Shown here one piece after another: positions 21,481 through 35,340 of a DNA stretch of 64,000 bases. The stretch is from Podarcis vaucheri (Eukaryota). A program made the position numbers and the translations under genes. The stretch lies in assembly GCA_965113315.1 (NCBI GenBank), contig OZ220369.1; one strand, given 5' to 3'. Positions within the stretch are counted from its first letter, which is position 1. Each line of letters begins with the position of its first letter. Below the pieces are notes generated by a model. The model was given only the letters and a program-made list of their open reading frames with translations, had not been told where the DNA came from and did not search any database.

Positions 21481-24464
21481 CGCCCCCTGCCGTGGTGGTC
21501 AAAGGGGCCCAGAGTCCACGGAAGGAAGTCAGGATCAAAAGAGGTCCACACAAAGGACCCTCTCTCTCCGCACCAGGGAGGCCTCCAAGGTTGGGCTTGG
21601 GTTGGCATCAAGACCCGCTGGGTATGTTTGCACAGCCAGGGCAAGAGAAACACCCTCCTGCCAGCAGAGGCAGAAAACGGCTCCTTTGGGCCTCTTAGAT
21701 TTGGTCCCGGGCTTCATCAGCAGAGCTTGGTTTTAAAAAGGAGGGGTGCTGGATGCCCCCCCCCCAAGGCTGCCTCCTTCTGGATGGGAAACTAGTCAGT
21801 AAGCTTAACTATACCGGAGCAGCAATTTCTTAGTTTGAAAGGGGAAAGTCTCTCTCTGCACATGGCGCAGAGACACTCTGTTCCTGTTTCTCCAAGCTAA
21901 GCGGTTCTCGGATTAAGCTCCCAAAACGGCACCCTGGCAGCATGCCTCCAATGGGAGGGGTGCTCATTAGATGTGGCCGGTTAAGTTTAACTCAGCCCCA
22001 CAGGAGAGAAAACAAGCACTGCAGCCAAGGCACTGGTCCCAGGAGGCCACACTGGTTGGCACACCCTGCAAGGGATGTTGTTTTGGTGCATGTCAAAATA
22101 ACCTCTCCTGCTGTTGCCAAGACTTCTCCCCCAAAATGTCAAAACCGCGCACAGGCCACAAATGCAGCATCCAGTTCCAGCAGGTTTTGCAAACCCTGTT
22201 ATCAAAAAGACAAACACCAGGTGCCCTGTCTTAGGGAGAAACACTGCATTCAGACAACCAAACTTTCAGTGCAGGAACCCTTCCAAGAATGTGGGTTGCT
22301 GCCCACCCCCACCTCCCCAAATACATTATAAAAACTGGTCAGCCTGATAAGGAAAAGGATCCGGCCATCTGCTCCAGAAATATATAGTGACTGCTCCCCT
22401 CCACCATTGGTTCAGATTTGGCACACATGTTTTCCTGGCACACGAAAGTGCTCTCATACCTCTGGGCACTCCAGCCTTTAAGTCCCTCAGCCTTTTAGTC
22501 ACTAACCTCAGAACCCCAGCAGTGGCAATGGGGCTGGGAAGGATCAGGCCTCCTCTAGCATCCTTTCTCTTTCTCCGCTTCACAACACTGAGCTCAAAAG
22601 CAGCTGTCCCGTCTCCTTGGCTGCAGCAAGTTTGGCAGCTGGAGTTTTCCTGGGACTGAGAGCGATGGCTGCTGAGTTTAGCCCAAGTGGGGCAGTGGAC
22701 ACAGGGGCAGCCAGATCCTGTTTTTCCCAGAAATATCCGGATGGATGGAGGATGAAGAGAAAAATCCAAAAAATGTGACACATCAGCAGAGATGAGTCAA
22801 GCCAGGCCAGCAATAGAAAACACAGACCCCCTTCGGTGGGGTGGGGGGGCTTCTGGCAAGGAGCAGGAGGAGGGATGCCAAGTATTCAGCCACAGGAAAT
22901 GGGGGGTGCTGGGGCCCCTCTCTTGTTTGTGGTGGTGGCGGAGGGGGGGCAGTCACTGCCTTAAGGAGTGGAGCTGTTCCCCCAGCCAGTTCAGTGGCTT
23001 CTCCCAATCTGTACTGATATGTCTGGCGGTATCTGTCCGACAAAGGGCTGGTTGGCGAGTCTGTTGGGGGAGGGAGGGAGGGAGAGAGGCAAGTCAATGA
23101 AGTGGCCAGGCTTGAGTGAGAGTTGACACTTCACTACCACAAAGAGGGGTGATGAGGTTGAAGCTGCCAGCCTTGAGGGGACCCTGCTATAGGCACATTA
23201 TGAGTCCAGACTAGGGCCACTAAAATAATGTGAAGTGGCCCTAGGTTGACCCTTGCAACCTCTTCCACAATCTTCCCCTCCTCCCCTCAATGCAGCAGCT
23301 CAGTTCCTATAAGCTCCCACCATCCAGCGCCCCCCCCATTCCCCGGTCTCCGCACAGCTCAAACATCTGGTTAATGATTAAAGCAAAGTCAAGAGGCTTG
23401 AAGTGCAGGGAGAGAGCAGTGGAGGGGGTGACTCAGGGTGCCAACTGTTCAGCTGCAAAGTGTAACTGTGCCTTTGTAACAGCACATTGGGCCGCAAACT
23501 TTAGCAGGTGAAAGGACAAATGGTCTCAGTGCTGTTGGAGGCACAAGAGCAAGGAAGTCCTGCATCTTCGTAGTCAGCTGGCAGGCTGGAGAGCTGGAGG
23601 AGGAAGCAGTTACAGGTGGAAAGAGAAACGGAGTCCCAAGACAAAGGGTGTGCGCTTGCAATAAGGCCACTGGCTGACAGTCATCCTGGGGTGCCCTTGG
23701 CTCATGCTTTCATCTCTGCAGTATTCTCAGCTGGCTCCCGACTACTTAGGGGAGTCTGCAGCACTCTATATATGCATTATTGCAACTGCTGAAGAGTACC
23801 CAACGGGGGCAGCTAAGTCCATTTGGCCCCAGCCAGAGCCATGAACAAGAATGTCGCCCGGACTTTTCAGGAGAAATTCCTGGGCCTGCTGGGAATGTGC
23901 TAACAGGAATGGGCATTGCTATCATGTTCCAGTCCTCATTGCTGAGCCATGTGCTGCCAAGATGGCAGGAGAAAGCTTTCATGGCCCAAACCCAGGAAGC
24001 AACACTGAGCTTTGAAGAAGCCTAGTGCCCTGTGGACTTTATCTCATGTCTTTGACCCTAGCAGGCTTTAAAGGCAGGGCAAGGTGGAAGAAGGGGGTGG
24101 ATTTGGACCTGGAGCCCCTTCTCAAGGCCTTCATCAGAGCCAGCTTCAGGTTTGCCTTGGGCAACAATGCCCTCTGATGGGCTTAGCTGACTGCTGGGCA
24201 GTGAAATCTATGTACTTTTAAAATTTCATACAGTACCCCAAAGCAACATTAGGCCAGGGGCATTGTTGGGAAATTTAAAAGCTGGATAGACCCCATTGCA
24301 ATGCTCATAGTGCTCCCCCACCCCATCAAAATTATAGGAGGTCCAGGGCAGGCATCAGCAGTGGACCATGCCAAGGTACTGCAATTCTGGAAGCTGCCCA
24401 AGGATGCTAGTTGCTGACACAGAGTCTAGCATTCAGCGCTGGGACACATGGAATCAGCAGCCCC

Positions 24465-25072
24465 ACTGTTGAGTCAGCAGTGGGATAGGGTGTCTACAAA
24501 GGCTAGTGAAATTCTAGGTTGCATCAGCATGATAGCATCCAGATCACAAGGAACGGTGCTGTTCCATTCTGTTGTGACCAGGCCTCTTATGGAGAACAGT
24601 GTTAACTTCTGGGCACTGGAGCTTAAAAAGGCTATTGACACATTGGAATGTGTCCAGAGGTTGGGGTTGGGGTGGGCAAGCAAGCAAGCAAACTAACAAG
24701 GGGAGGGACAAGAGGACCCCTTTCTTCCTAGGTCTTTAGGTTGAAGCAGCTGAGTATATTTAGCCTGAACAAGATACAATGACAACTACTTTCAAATATC
24801 TGAAGGGCTGTCACAGAGATGGGGCAAATCTGTAGGACTCCTGAAACAACAGATTCAAATCACATGAAAAAGGATTTTGCCTTATTAGAAAGAACTTCCT
24901 GATAACGTGAGCTATTTGGAACAGGCTGTTTCAGAAGGTGGTGGACTCTCCTTTCTTAGAGGTTTTTAAGCAGAGGTTGGATGGGATGCTCAAGCAATGG
25001 GCGTCTTTGCACCGAGCAGGGGTTTGAAGTGGACGAGCTTCAAGGTCTCTTCCAACTCTATGGTTCTGTGAA
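24465..25072 (+). mobile_element. CR1 LINE ORF2 3' fragment
   Basis: Decayed SQQWD...KASEILGCI...RPLME..V.FWA..LKKAIDTLE.VQR followed by a CR1 3' UTR ending ttccaactctatggttctgtga. Confidence 0.8.
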
Positions 25073-26336
25073 ATAGCTATGGCATCATTGAACACATGCA
25101 GAGGGACACTGCTGAGTAACTACAGTCAACTGCTACACATTTGAAAACAATGGCTCCCTAATTCCAAGGGTTAGAAGGGTTGCAGAAGTTAAGTAGGACC
25201 GGAGAGGAGGAAGGTGGCTAGCTTGTTCTCCGGCTGAATTCTAGCATCTGAGAGAACTCAAGTCTGTGCCCAAGACGCAAATTTGAGCATGCTTGCACTG
25301 AGCTAACAGGCCCAGATCGCTTCCTCTCCCTACATACAAGCAAACACATGAACACACACACAGAGAAAGAGCAGAATCGGGGTGGGGGGAGATTTCTCCG
25401 CTACCTTCCTTGTGAAACATGGTGGAGAACCTCAAGCTAAGTGGCTTCTAAGCCAGATGCAGAAGCCGTTCCTCTTTCTCCAGTGATCAAAGAACTGGGT
25501 CGCCTGGATCCCTGGGTGGGAAGACATTAGAGATGGGGGTGGGGTGGGGGAAGGCTGCTCGCCATGGCATACTCACCGGGCACACGGAGAAGAGGGACGC
25601 GGGAGCACCAGGGGTGCCAGGAGGGAAAAATGGAGCCCCTCTGCCATGGAAGGACCCCCCTGCTCCGTCCTCTTGCTTGGGAATGAAAAGAGTCAGAGAG
25701 GCAAAGATGGGGTCTGTTTTCCATTAACGCTGCTGAGCAACAGGAAGTGGTTGAGAGGGGGCTGGCGGGTCAGAGCTCCCCCCCCTTCCACCCACACAGA
25801 GGGAGCGAGAGCAGGGATGGCTGGATTATTTTGATGGCTAACCTGCTTCAGGTAGAACAAGCAAGGGAAGGCAGGTGCCGTCCCTTAAACAAAAATGGCC
25901 ACTGGAGTACACAACAACAATTATGCGTATTGAAATTCCATGTGGATGGGAGGGAAGGAGGATTAAATATTCCAGCTGGAATAGTTGGCATGTTAATTTA
26001 TTTAAAGATATGCAGATTTGAGGAGCCTGTTGGTTTAACCTTAAAAAATAGAATAGGCTGAGAGGCGGGAGAACAAGAGACATGATCCCTACCAGGACAG
26101 AACAACAAGTCCTTCATGGGCACAAACTGCAGCTCCCTTTAGTTACAAGTATCCAGCTCTTGAAGGTGTAAATCCAGAGAACTCATGGCTTTCACACATT
26201 CCCATATCTCCTGCTCTGGTGTTCATGGGCAGGCCTGCAAAAAGCCCCTGTGTGTCCTGTGGAGTTTAAGGGTGGATCTGTGCCAGGGAATGACTTGAAA
26301 TGGGGGACCCCTTTAGACCAGCTGACTCTCTGTTAT

Positions 26337-26745
26337 CAGGGGTGGAGAACCTCAAACCTGGGTCTGAATGTGGCTGGGAGTCTTTTGCAGGGCACACCCC
26401 TTCTCCCCAAGGCCACAGCCGTCATCTGCCTGGCTCATCACCCTCCTCAACTGCTTTTGCCTGGCTAGAACGTGCCCATGAGCTGTGTGATCAGGCCTCC
26501 TGCTTGCTTGGACAGAGGGAGAAGCGTGGGTGTGCAGGCATGCACCCACTCTGACCTGTGTGGCTAGAATGCAGGAAGTAGGAGTCACCTCCGCTGCTCT
26601 GCCCACTCTTGTGTCTGGCCCCACCCACCACTGGCAGGTGACTCCCAGAAGACATGCTAAGACTGAACATAGCATGTTGGGCTGAAAATTCTCTCCTTTC
26701 ATTCTTTCCGCTTCTCAACCATTTGCAGGTCCTGCCCAAGTGTTG
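26337..26745. mobile_element. Decayed hAT-like non-autonomous element
   Basis: CAGGGGTGGAGAACCT start; right end degenerate. Confidence 0.45.
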
Positions 26746-27889
26746 CAGAGACCCCCACCCATAAATTCAGTCCCCCCCCTACCTCATTTATAACCAGCTG
26801 CTCTCCCAACAAATTTAACCTGAAGTTCTAGATCTGGCCATTCCCTTCCCTTCTCACCGGTATCCTCCTGCTGCTGCTGCAGCTCTCTCTTTCTGAGGCT
26901 GTTTCCTCCACAAGACTCTTATGTGTTCAATCATGTGCAACTTCTACTTGGGTCGAAGGAGATTTTGTAGGCATTAGTCCAACCAGGGTTTAGAAGGTGC
27001 TCCTTAGTCCACTTCTATTACCTCAAAGGGCAGCTGTGCCAGCAGCACAGCCCATTTCTGTCCACCCAGTCCCACAGGGAAATGGGGCTGGAACTTAACC
27101 CTGCCTCCTTGCCTAGATGCCTTGTCCCCCAAATCCAGGGGGCAGGAGAGTGGGGCTGGGCTTATTGAGCTGTGAAAGAAAAGCATGCACTCAGGAGGGG
27201 ATGTGGACACTGGCACTGGGAAGCAATGGCAAGTAGCGAGGAAGGGGCAATGCTGCGTCCTCAAGGGCTACCCCCAACCTCTGGAGAGCTCTCCCTAGCC
27301 ACCCCTTGTGGGCTGGCTCCATCTCAATCACCTCCACTCCTATACGAAGGGATTTCCAATTATGCTAAAATAGGTCCCCAATTCCTCAGTTTGGGCACAA
27401 AGTTGCACAAGCAGTTTGCCAACCCCAAAACAAGTTTGGGGCCAACCTGTTGGGTACGCAGCCCCCCATCTCTCATTCTTTTGGGGTGGGGGTGCAAGAG
27501 ACCCTCAGGGAAGCTGCTCAAAGAAGATGGGAAGCCCCAATAGAAAAGCTCCTTTCTCCTTCCAGGTCTTGAACTGGGAAGTTGGGGAGAAAGCGCTGGC
27601 AGAGACTTTCCCACCCCAAATCTTCCTTTGCAGGAAGGGAAGGCTGCTGCTGCTGCAGTTGCAAAGGGTGGAGCTTCCAGGAGGGACTGAGGCCCAGTCA
27701 GGGCTTCATCCAGCGCCCAACCCTCTTGTGCCATAAAGAGGGCCAGGCATTAACTCAGTAGTGGAAGAGTCCAGCCTGAGGCCCTTGCTTGCCCTCATAT
27801 CCCTTTCAGGGGAGCAAGTGAAGGTGCCACACTGGGAGCCCCAGTCCTTTCACTGACTTCTCTTCAGGCCCTTGTTGCAGCACCCAATG

Positions 27890-28320
27890 CAAGAAGAGCC
27901 TGCTGGATCAGGCCAGTGGCCCATCTAGTCCAACATCCCTCTTTTCCCAGTGGTCAACCAATGCCTGTGGTAAACCTGCAAGCAGGACCCAAGCACGAGA
28001 GGATTCTCCCCTCCTGTGGTTTCCAGCAACTGGTATTCAGAAGCATTGCAGAGACAGGGCGTAGCCATCTTGGCTAATAGCCTTCTCCTCCGTGAGGTTG
28101 TCCAATCCTCGTTTAAAGCTATCCAGGTCAGTGGTCACCCCTTCCTCCTGTGGGAGAGAGTTCCACAGTTTACCTATGTGCTGCATAAAGGTTCTTTTAT
28201 CTGTCCTGAATCCTCCACAGCTTTCGGCTTCGAATGTGTTACGGGGGAGGGAGATAAACTTTCCCCTATCCACTTCCTCCATGCCACACATTTTGTAATC
28301 TTCTATCACATCACCTCTTA
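27890..28320 (-). mobile_element. CR1 LINE 3' fragment
   Basis: Minus-strand YKMCGMEEVDRGKF...FRTDKR..F.Q..GKLWNSLPQE.V....LDSFKRGLD. Confidence 0.85.
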
Positions 28321-28948
28321 ACTAATTTCTTGCCACGCCAGCAGTGACCGGGGGGCTTGGGCAACTGACCTAGCCCTGGTAGCAGGCCTCCAAATCACCA
28401 TCACTTGCAGGGTACACCTCAGCAGTGCCCCTTTGTACCAGATCACTGCAGAGGATCCTCTGGGGCCCAGAGAACATGGAGAGGGCCTGCACCTGATTGG
28501 CTGGAAACCCCAAGTTCAAGCACGGGGGGGGGGGGGCTATACCAGGTGGTAGAGTTGTGCCCAATACCCTGAAGCAGGCGACACCAGGTGAGAGGAACAA
28601 ATTAATAGTCAGACTGATTCTACATGGCAGCTGCGTGCAAGAGGGAGCATCCAGCCTAGCACAGGGGTGTCTGCAGCATGCTGTTGGTTTTAGACTGGGG
28701 TCAATTTCCAATCCACCCACCTCCCTGAGCCAGAGCACTCTCTGAACTAGTCATCCTTTTGGGTTAGCCTACCTCACAGGGCTGGTGCAGGAGATGTCCC
28801 GCCTAATGAGCTTGCTGCAATGTGGACCTACCAGTGTGTTACCAAGGCAGAGGTGGGTTAACGGTGCCTTGTTGGACTGGAAACTCTAGCTCACTTTACC
28901 TGCTGCGAAGGTTCCTGGATTTTCTATGCCAGGCCATTTTTCACTGTG

Positions 28949-29120
28949 AAGGTAAAGGTAACCCCTGACCGTTAGGTTCAGTTGCAGACGACTCTGGGGT
29001 TGCAGCGCTCATCTCGCTTTATTGGCTGAGGGAGCCGGCATACAGCTTCCGGGTCATGTGGCCAGCATGACCAAGCCGCTTCTGGCGAAACTAGAGCAGC
29101 GCACGGAAACGCCGTTTCAC
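28949..29120 (-). mobile_element. Sauria SINE, 5'-truncated
   Basis: aaggtaaaggtaacccctgac...gcgctcatctcgctttattggc...gcacggaaacgccgttt. Confidence 0.88.
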
Positions 29121-29842
29121 CGTAGGGCTGCCTAAATGTCTGTGTGCATGGGAAATGCAAAATTATTCCTGCAGCCCTCCTCCGACTCTGTAGAATCAGA
29201 AGCGGGCGGCAAGGGAGAGATCTGAGAGTGTCTTCCCCTTCCCCAGTTGAGTACCAGCTTGTGCCCTCTTGGGTTTTGCTTCCTCAATGGTGGAGTGGTG
29301 CTTCAGAGGAATTTTGAGTGTGTTAGATAAGACAGACCAGTGGAATTCTCTCCCAGCTGGGGCTCAACACATTCCTAAGTAGAAGAGTTTTAACTACCAC
29401 AAGCACCCATACCACCAGGGCAGAAAGGACATACCTGACTGCCAGTGATAACACAGGTGTAGAACATTGGTGTTTGACAAATGAGTTGCACAAACAACTC
29501 AAGGGATGCTCCTCAGGCAGCGGCGAGAAGCCCTTCGCTCTGACTCACTGCAAGGCTTGCTTATTTGAGACACATTATATTCTGTCTCCTTGGACAACCC
29601 AAACTGCAGGCCTTTCCTAAGTTACACAAAGTGATCCCATGTGCTCAACCTCCCCATGTGCAATTCGTTCTAACCTGTTGTCTCATGTGCAGCCTTCCTT
29701 CCCTCCAGCTCCCAAGATTTCTGCAGATATTGCCTACCTCATTCCAAGCACATCTTCAGACGCATGAGAACTAGGAGTTTCTGTAAAAATGTTTAAAAGC
29801 TAGCAAAATAATTCTCTTGAAACAGAATTCTGTTTTCACATG

Positions 29843-29844
<2 letters not shown>

Positions 29845-29910
<66 letters not shown>
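29845..29910. repeat. Compound (TC)n(AC)n microsatellite
   Basis: Seen directly; reads (GT)n on the minus strand just downstream of the STK40 poly(A) signal. Confidence 0.97.
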
Positions 29911-29914
<4 letters not shown>

Positions 29915-29981
29915 CTTGGCTCCAGACAAAAGTCGCCAGCACCTTCCAACACAATACAGATTTAGTTCTACATTATGAAAT

Positions 29982-29987
29982 TTTATT
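29982..29987 (-). terminator. STK40: Probable STK40 polyadenylation signal (3' UTR ~2.9 kb)
   Basis: AATAAA on the minus strand at the end of a TE-poor, U-rich stretch running from the stop at 32861. Confidence 0.6.
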
Positions 29988-32860
29988 GCTGACATGCAGG
30001 AATAGTTGGATGTAATACAAAAATAGGTCTCTATACAAATTATCTTTGCAATTTTTTTACAATAGGATCTTTTGTCTCTGGTGTCTCACCCAGCTTGTAA
30101 TCCACAAAAACACAACCCAGACAGCTCACCCCAATTTCCACACACCCTCACTCCCCATTTCCTTTCAGTTTGCTTTTCATCACCATGTCCAGAGTTGGGC
30201 GGAGCACACAGCTTGACAGCCTGTCGAGTATTGCTATGTTTTTTTAGGATGGAGAGAGTCCCAATGCAAAACACACAGCCAGCTCTGCTGGGGAAGATGG
30301 TCAGTACTGGTGAAGGGGAGATGAGAGAGAGAAAGGAAGCAGAGGGAGCAGTGTCTGCCCTGCCTGAATTCTGAGAGGGGGCTTCTATTGCTACTGACAC
30401 AGGAAATATTCCAGGCAGAGGAGAAGTCCACAGAAACCTCCTGCTTGGGAAGTGGACTAGAAAGTTGCCGTGAAAGCTGGCCCACACCTCGCCTGTCATC
30501 CTACACTTCTTCCCCCACCTTCCAATACTGTTAAGAAAACACATCAGCTGGGACTGCAACCCCATAGAAAGCTGTAGGTAGGACTGAGGGAAACTGCTAA
30601 GGGTCTGTCTTCAGCAGAACAGTTCATTTTGGAGGTGTGCAGGCCCCGCTCAAGCAGGACACCTCGCATGTGCTTCCAGATGACATTATGGGCAACTCAG
30701 ATTTGGAGTGGGGGAAATATCTTAACCCCCCCCCCCCGGACAGAGGGATTCCTCCATCTTGTGGGCTATGATGGTGCTGCAAGCAACAGTCACAAAAACC
30801 ACCAGGGAGGCTGGGCCACAGGACACAAGATCCAGAGGCCTACAGCAACTGGCTCACCTGGAGAGGTTTGGCTCACAGAAGGGGCTGTGAAATGGGAGCC
30901 CAAATTTACTGCCCCCACCTGGGCCAAGCAAGGGGTGCCATTAAGCTTGTTAGCGTTTACCAATCCAGTTTTGGCTTGATCCACAGAGCTAATGCCTTAT
31001 AGACAGGTTTATGCTGTGTTTCTTGGCGAGACTGCATGGGGGGCTGGTGACCTTTGAGGGGTTGCTTACCGTCCGTCCCTAGCGAGAGAGCAAAATAAAC
31101 TTTTCCTGGGTTTCCCTAACTCCATCTCTGTTTCCCAACTTAGCAACGATGAGAAAGCCAGAGAACAGCCAAAGCAGAGTCTGCCCTACAGAGGGGAGGG
31201 GAGTGTAGATCAGGCACAAAGGTTCTGCAAGGAAGTTTACACGTGGTTGGTTTTCTTCTTTTCTCTTTTTAAAGAGATTTGCAGAATTCTTTTGCAGTTC
31301 TCGTCAGTAGAAAAGAATTCCTTGTGCTGAAGTCATATTTCAGAATCTACAGCCTTTGCTAGTCCTCCTCTTTGAACCATGCAAAAACATTCACACTAAG
31401 GGAGGCCGTTGTCCTTGGCTGGTTCATTCATCTCAGGGCCACACCAGCCAGACTGCAGAGGTCTTGAGCCAACTTCCTTCAGGTCAGTGTCGCTTCCTGG
31501 ATACTGCAATGCTGCTTCTGCTGGCACCCAGTGGTTCAACAGGGTGGGTGGGGAGGGGACACCTCACATTTTGAGACAATTTTTGAAAGGGTGATGAAGG
31601 CTGACCGGAAACGGGAAGGGAGTGGAAATGGGGCAGAACAGCCTAGGGAGGGTTGCTTGAGAACAGCTTATCTGGCAAGAGAGGCATCCAGTTCCAACAA
31701 ACGAGGCTCAGAAATGATCCAGCCCAGTCCCAGCAAGACCTGTCGCTTGCGCAGCATCAGGGGGCACTCCTGCCCACCCCCGCAAAAAATAATAATAAAT
31801 GTCATGGTGGGGGAATTGTCTGTGACAAGATGGCAATGGCAAGACAAAGCAAAGAGCACATCAAGGAGTGGAGACCAGCAGGCATGTCTGAACCTGAGAC
31901 AGCCTGGGGGGGCGGGGCGGATAGGGGACAAAACAAAAACGAAGCAAGCAAACCCTTTTCACATTTTTCACAGATTTATCCCTTCAGCCGTACCAGTGTG
32001 GGTGAGGAGGAGGAGGGAGAAATGTCAACAGAATTAATGCAACGTTACTGCACCTTTCAAAAGCTACCATTTAAAAAAGAAAGGAAGACAGAACAAAACA
32101 AAAACCCTCCCAGGATATCCCCAAATAATTAAAGTGATTGGAAAAGGGAGGTTTGGGCCCTCAGAAAAGCTACATTTTTTAAACAGCCCCTGGTTTGGAA
32201 CTCTTTCCCCAGGTCAGAATCTGCAGAGTGAGGCTTTCTCACGTGGAGAGAAGCTCGTAGTGGAGGCAACCCATTTGCTAAGCCTGTGGTCACGCAGAGG
32301 GCCCGAAACCAACGTTTACACAAAATATATTCAAACCAGGTGTTAAATTAAAAATAGAACAAAGGGGATGGGGGAAGAGGGTTTAAGAAATAGTTACTTT
32401 CATGAAACCCACCAGGGGGGAGGGAAGAAAGGAGGGGGAAATGATTAAGCTTATTCAAACCAGACAGAGCGAAGCACGGCCCACGTGGTCTCCGCAGCAG
32501 TCCAACGTCTGCGTCAGAAATGAAGCCTGCGGGGGCAAACATTGCCAAAAAACGCTCCTCGTTTCAGTCCAGAGAACAGTGTGGTTAAAAAGAGGCAGAG
32601 AGGTAGATTTCAGAGTCATGATTAAAAGCAGATTAGCTGTCTAGGTGTGGAGTTAAAATCCGCCAGCCATTTCCCCAGACAGTTGGGGTCTTTCCCCTGC
32701 TGCCCCCTCCGGGGTCGGGGGGGGCAAAGCCCAGCAGGCGAGGCCCACTGAGCACTCAGCACACAGGGAAAGACTGCTACATTGTGAGGGATCCTGGGAC
32801 CTGGCTGTCGCTGTCGCACGCCCCGTCGGGGGCAAGAGACCCACGGTGGGGTGGGAGGAG

Positions 32861-33079
32861 CTACTTCCGAAGGTAGCGCTGTGCAAGGATGGCCGCGTCC
32901 AAGGGGTTCATTGGCTGGGCGTCGTGGCCCAGGCGCCGCACCGGAGGGATGTTCCCAAACTGCCGCTTCTGGAGGAAACTCTTGGCCTCATGGAGCGTGT
33001 TCTTCTCCTCGGCCAGCAGCAGCTGCTGCCTCATGTAGTTCTCAAACTCGTACTGTGAACACTCCTCCGTCACCTTCGC
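32861..33079 (-). CDS. STK40: STK40 last coding exon
   Basis: AKVTEECSQYEFENYMRQQLLLAEEK...AILAQRYLRK*; ccttgcag acceptor. Confidence 0.97.
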   Translation of the reverse strand, partial: AKVTEECSQYEFENYMRQQLLLAEEKNTLHEAKSFLQKRQFGNIPPVRRLGHDAQPMNPLDAAILAQRYLRK

Positions 33080-34060
33080 CTGCAAGGAGAAGCAGCCCTG
33101 TTAGAAACCACCAGGAAGGTAGGGGCCAGACCTGCTTGCAACAGCATCCCCCATTCCCCCCAGCATTTGTACACAAGCTCACTGCTCCACTGCACACACC
33201 AGGAAGCCTGCCAGGCTCGTTTTCTGCATTGACAAGTCGCTTCCCACCCCTCCATGTTCAAGCACCTGGGAATCCCAGATTCGTTCAGAGCAGTGGGCAT
33301 ATGACTTGAAAGCAAGCTCTGAGAGGCGACAAAGGTCTCTGCTGCAAGGAGCCGCCAGATTTGCAGCACTTGAACACAACCTGGGGGCTCTTAATATTTG
33401 GCAGGAATGTCCTCAAACAGTCCAACTGCCAAAGGGAAAGCAGGAGGGGCCTGGAGGGAAGGCAGGTGGAGTCAGCTAAGAAGGGAAGGGGCCACCTGCA
33501 GGTGAAGAGAGAGAAAAAAGGAGGCCAAGAGACCAGCTGAATTTCATGGACAGGCACAGGTGGTTGACTTCAGATCCGCAGTAGCATTTAATAATACTTA
33601 AGAATCTGCATTAAAATTGCAATTGGGTTTAAAAATGTGTTGCTATCTCAGAGAGCTTTCTCAGCAAGACATTCGTTTTCCCCAGCCATCACTCCTCATC
33701 AGCTGGGAACCAACTGATGGAAAAAGCGCCCCAAGGCCAGCAGAGACAGATGCTGCTGGGTACCTGCTCTGCCCTGCTTGTTTCATTTCTGACTAGAAAA
33801 CAGATCACACTAAATGTCCTCACAGCTTCTGTCTGAAAGACACACACACACATGCACACCAAAGAGTTCCCATGTGGCTCTGGAAGCAAAATCTGGGATC
33901 AAGCCACCTGAGAATGGGGCTTCAGAATGGAACGGAGCTCCTTTGACCCTCCGCACAGCTTGCAGAAAATATGCAAATCAAGCAAGACACACCATCCAAT
34001 CGGGCCGCAGAGCCCGCCTCCCCCAAGGGCAAGTGGTCCCGCTCAGCAGGCAGGTCTTAC

Positions 34061-34145
34061 CTCGTGTGCGCTTTCTGGACTGGCCACCTGGTCGTCTATG
34101 TCAGGCACCACTTGCAAGGGCCCGCTCAGCAGGGACATGGACTGC
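34061..34145 (-). CDS. STK40: STK40 coding exon 9 (COP1-binding VP motif)
   Basis: QSMSLLSGPLQVVPDIDDQVASPESAHE; cag/gtaag. Confidence 0.95.
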
Positions 34146-34642
34146 CTGCAGGAGAGACAGGCTGGTGGGTCAGGAAGCGGCACATTTGTGACAACCTCAG
34201 AGGTGGCCTAAGCCCCCAGTTGGAAGACGGCAACCCTCACACACGGCACCCAGGAGCCTTGCCCACCCACCCACCTCACCATTTCTCAGCATGTGAAGCA
34301 GCAGCACAGGACCGGGGTGGGGGCAACATGGTGCAATGGTTATTATGGATGCTTCTTTATCAGTGGACCGAAGGGTCAAGTGCTGTAGGCACTTGTTCAA
34401 CACATGCTGCAGGCAGTTGTTCCATCCCCAGGATCCTTTTGACTGTCCTTTGACAGCTCTACAATATCTTTTTTAAGACCTGGTAGTTAGAACTGTAAGA
34501 GGTCTTCCACAGTGCCCACTGTCAAGAAAGGCAAGCCTTCCCCTGGGCTGGGCACTGAAGGACACAAATGGGGTGCTTCCATTTAGTTGAGAAGTAAGTA
34601 AAGGTGGCTTCTCGTGCTTGATTCGGTACTTGGGTCTTGGTA

Positions 34643-35006
34643 AGGTAAAGGTAAAGGTACCCCTGCCCGAGCGGGCCAGTCTTGACAGACTGTGGGGTTT
34701 GTGCGCCCATCTCACATCTATAGGCCGGGGGCCAGCGCTGTCCGGAGACACTTCCGGGTCACGTGGCCAGCGTGACAAAGCTGCATCTGGCGAGCCAGCG
34801 CAGCACACGGAACGCCGTTTACCTTCCCGCTGGTAAGCGGTACCTATTTATCTACTTGCACCCGGGGGTGCTTTCGAACTGCTAGGTTGGCAGGCGCTGG
34901 GACCGAGCAGCGGGAGCGCACCCCGCCGCGGGGATTCGAACCGCCGACCATGCGATCGGCAAGTCCTAGGCGCTGAGGCTTTAACCCACAGCGCCACCCG
35001 CGTCCC
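34643..35006 (-). mobile_element. Full-length young Sauria SINE (second subfamily) in an STK40 intron
   Basis: Intact CpGs, GGTTCGAATCC B box, perfect TSD TTGGGTCTTGGTA (34630-34642, 35007-35019). Confidence 0.95.
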
Positions 35007-35340
35007 TTGGGTCTTGGTAGCAGGGTATAAAACTTAGCTCAAGAAGATGCTCTTCTAGCAAAGGGAGCAAGGTGAGGAGGGTGAAATTATGCCGCATCCA
35101 CCATTAAGAAACAAGAGACATGGCCCAGGGTGTTCCTTCCCAAGAAGTTGAGACAACACTTCCTGTGTCTTTTGGCCAATGTTCAAATCATTTACAAAAG
35201 ACTCCTCCACCCAGCCTTCCCAACAAAGCTCACTCCTTTACCACAGGCCAGCTTTGGGCTGGAAGGGTGAGATGAGCCTTTGGCTTGATCCATCTGCAGG
35301 GCTCTTTGAAGGATTTTATCCCCTTCCACCACACACTCAC

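Noticed and set aside
21010-21795. 261-aa plus-strand ORF
   Set aside because: GC-rich probable EVA1B promoter; non-ATG start and no recognisable domain.
34920-35006. tRNA-like A and B boxes
   Set aside because: SINE head, not a tRNA gene.
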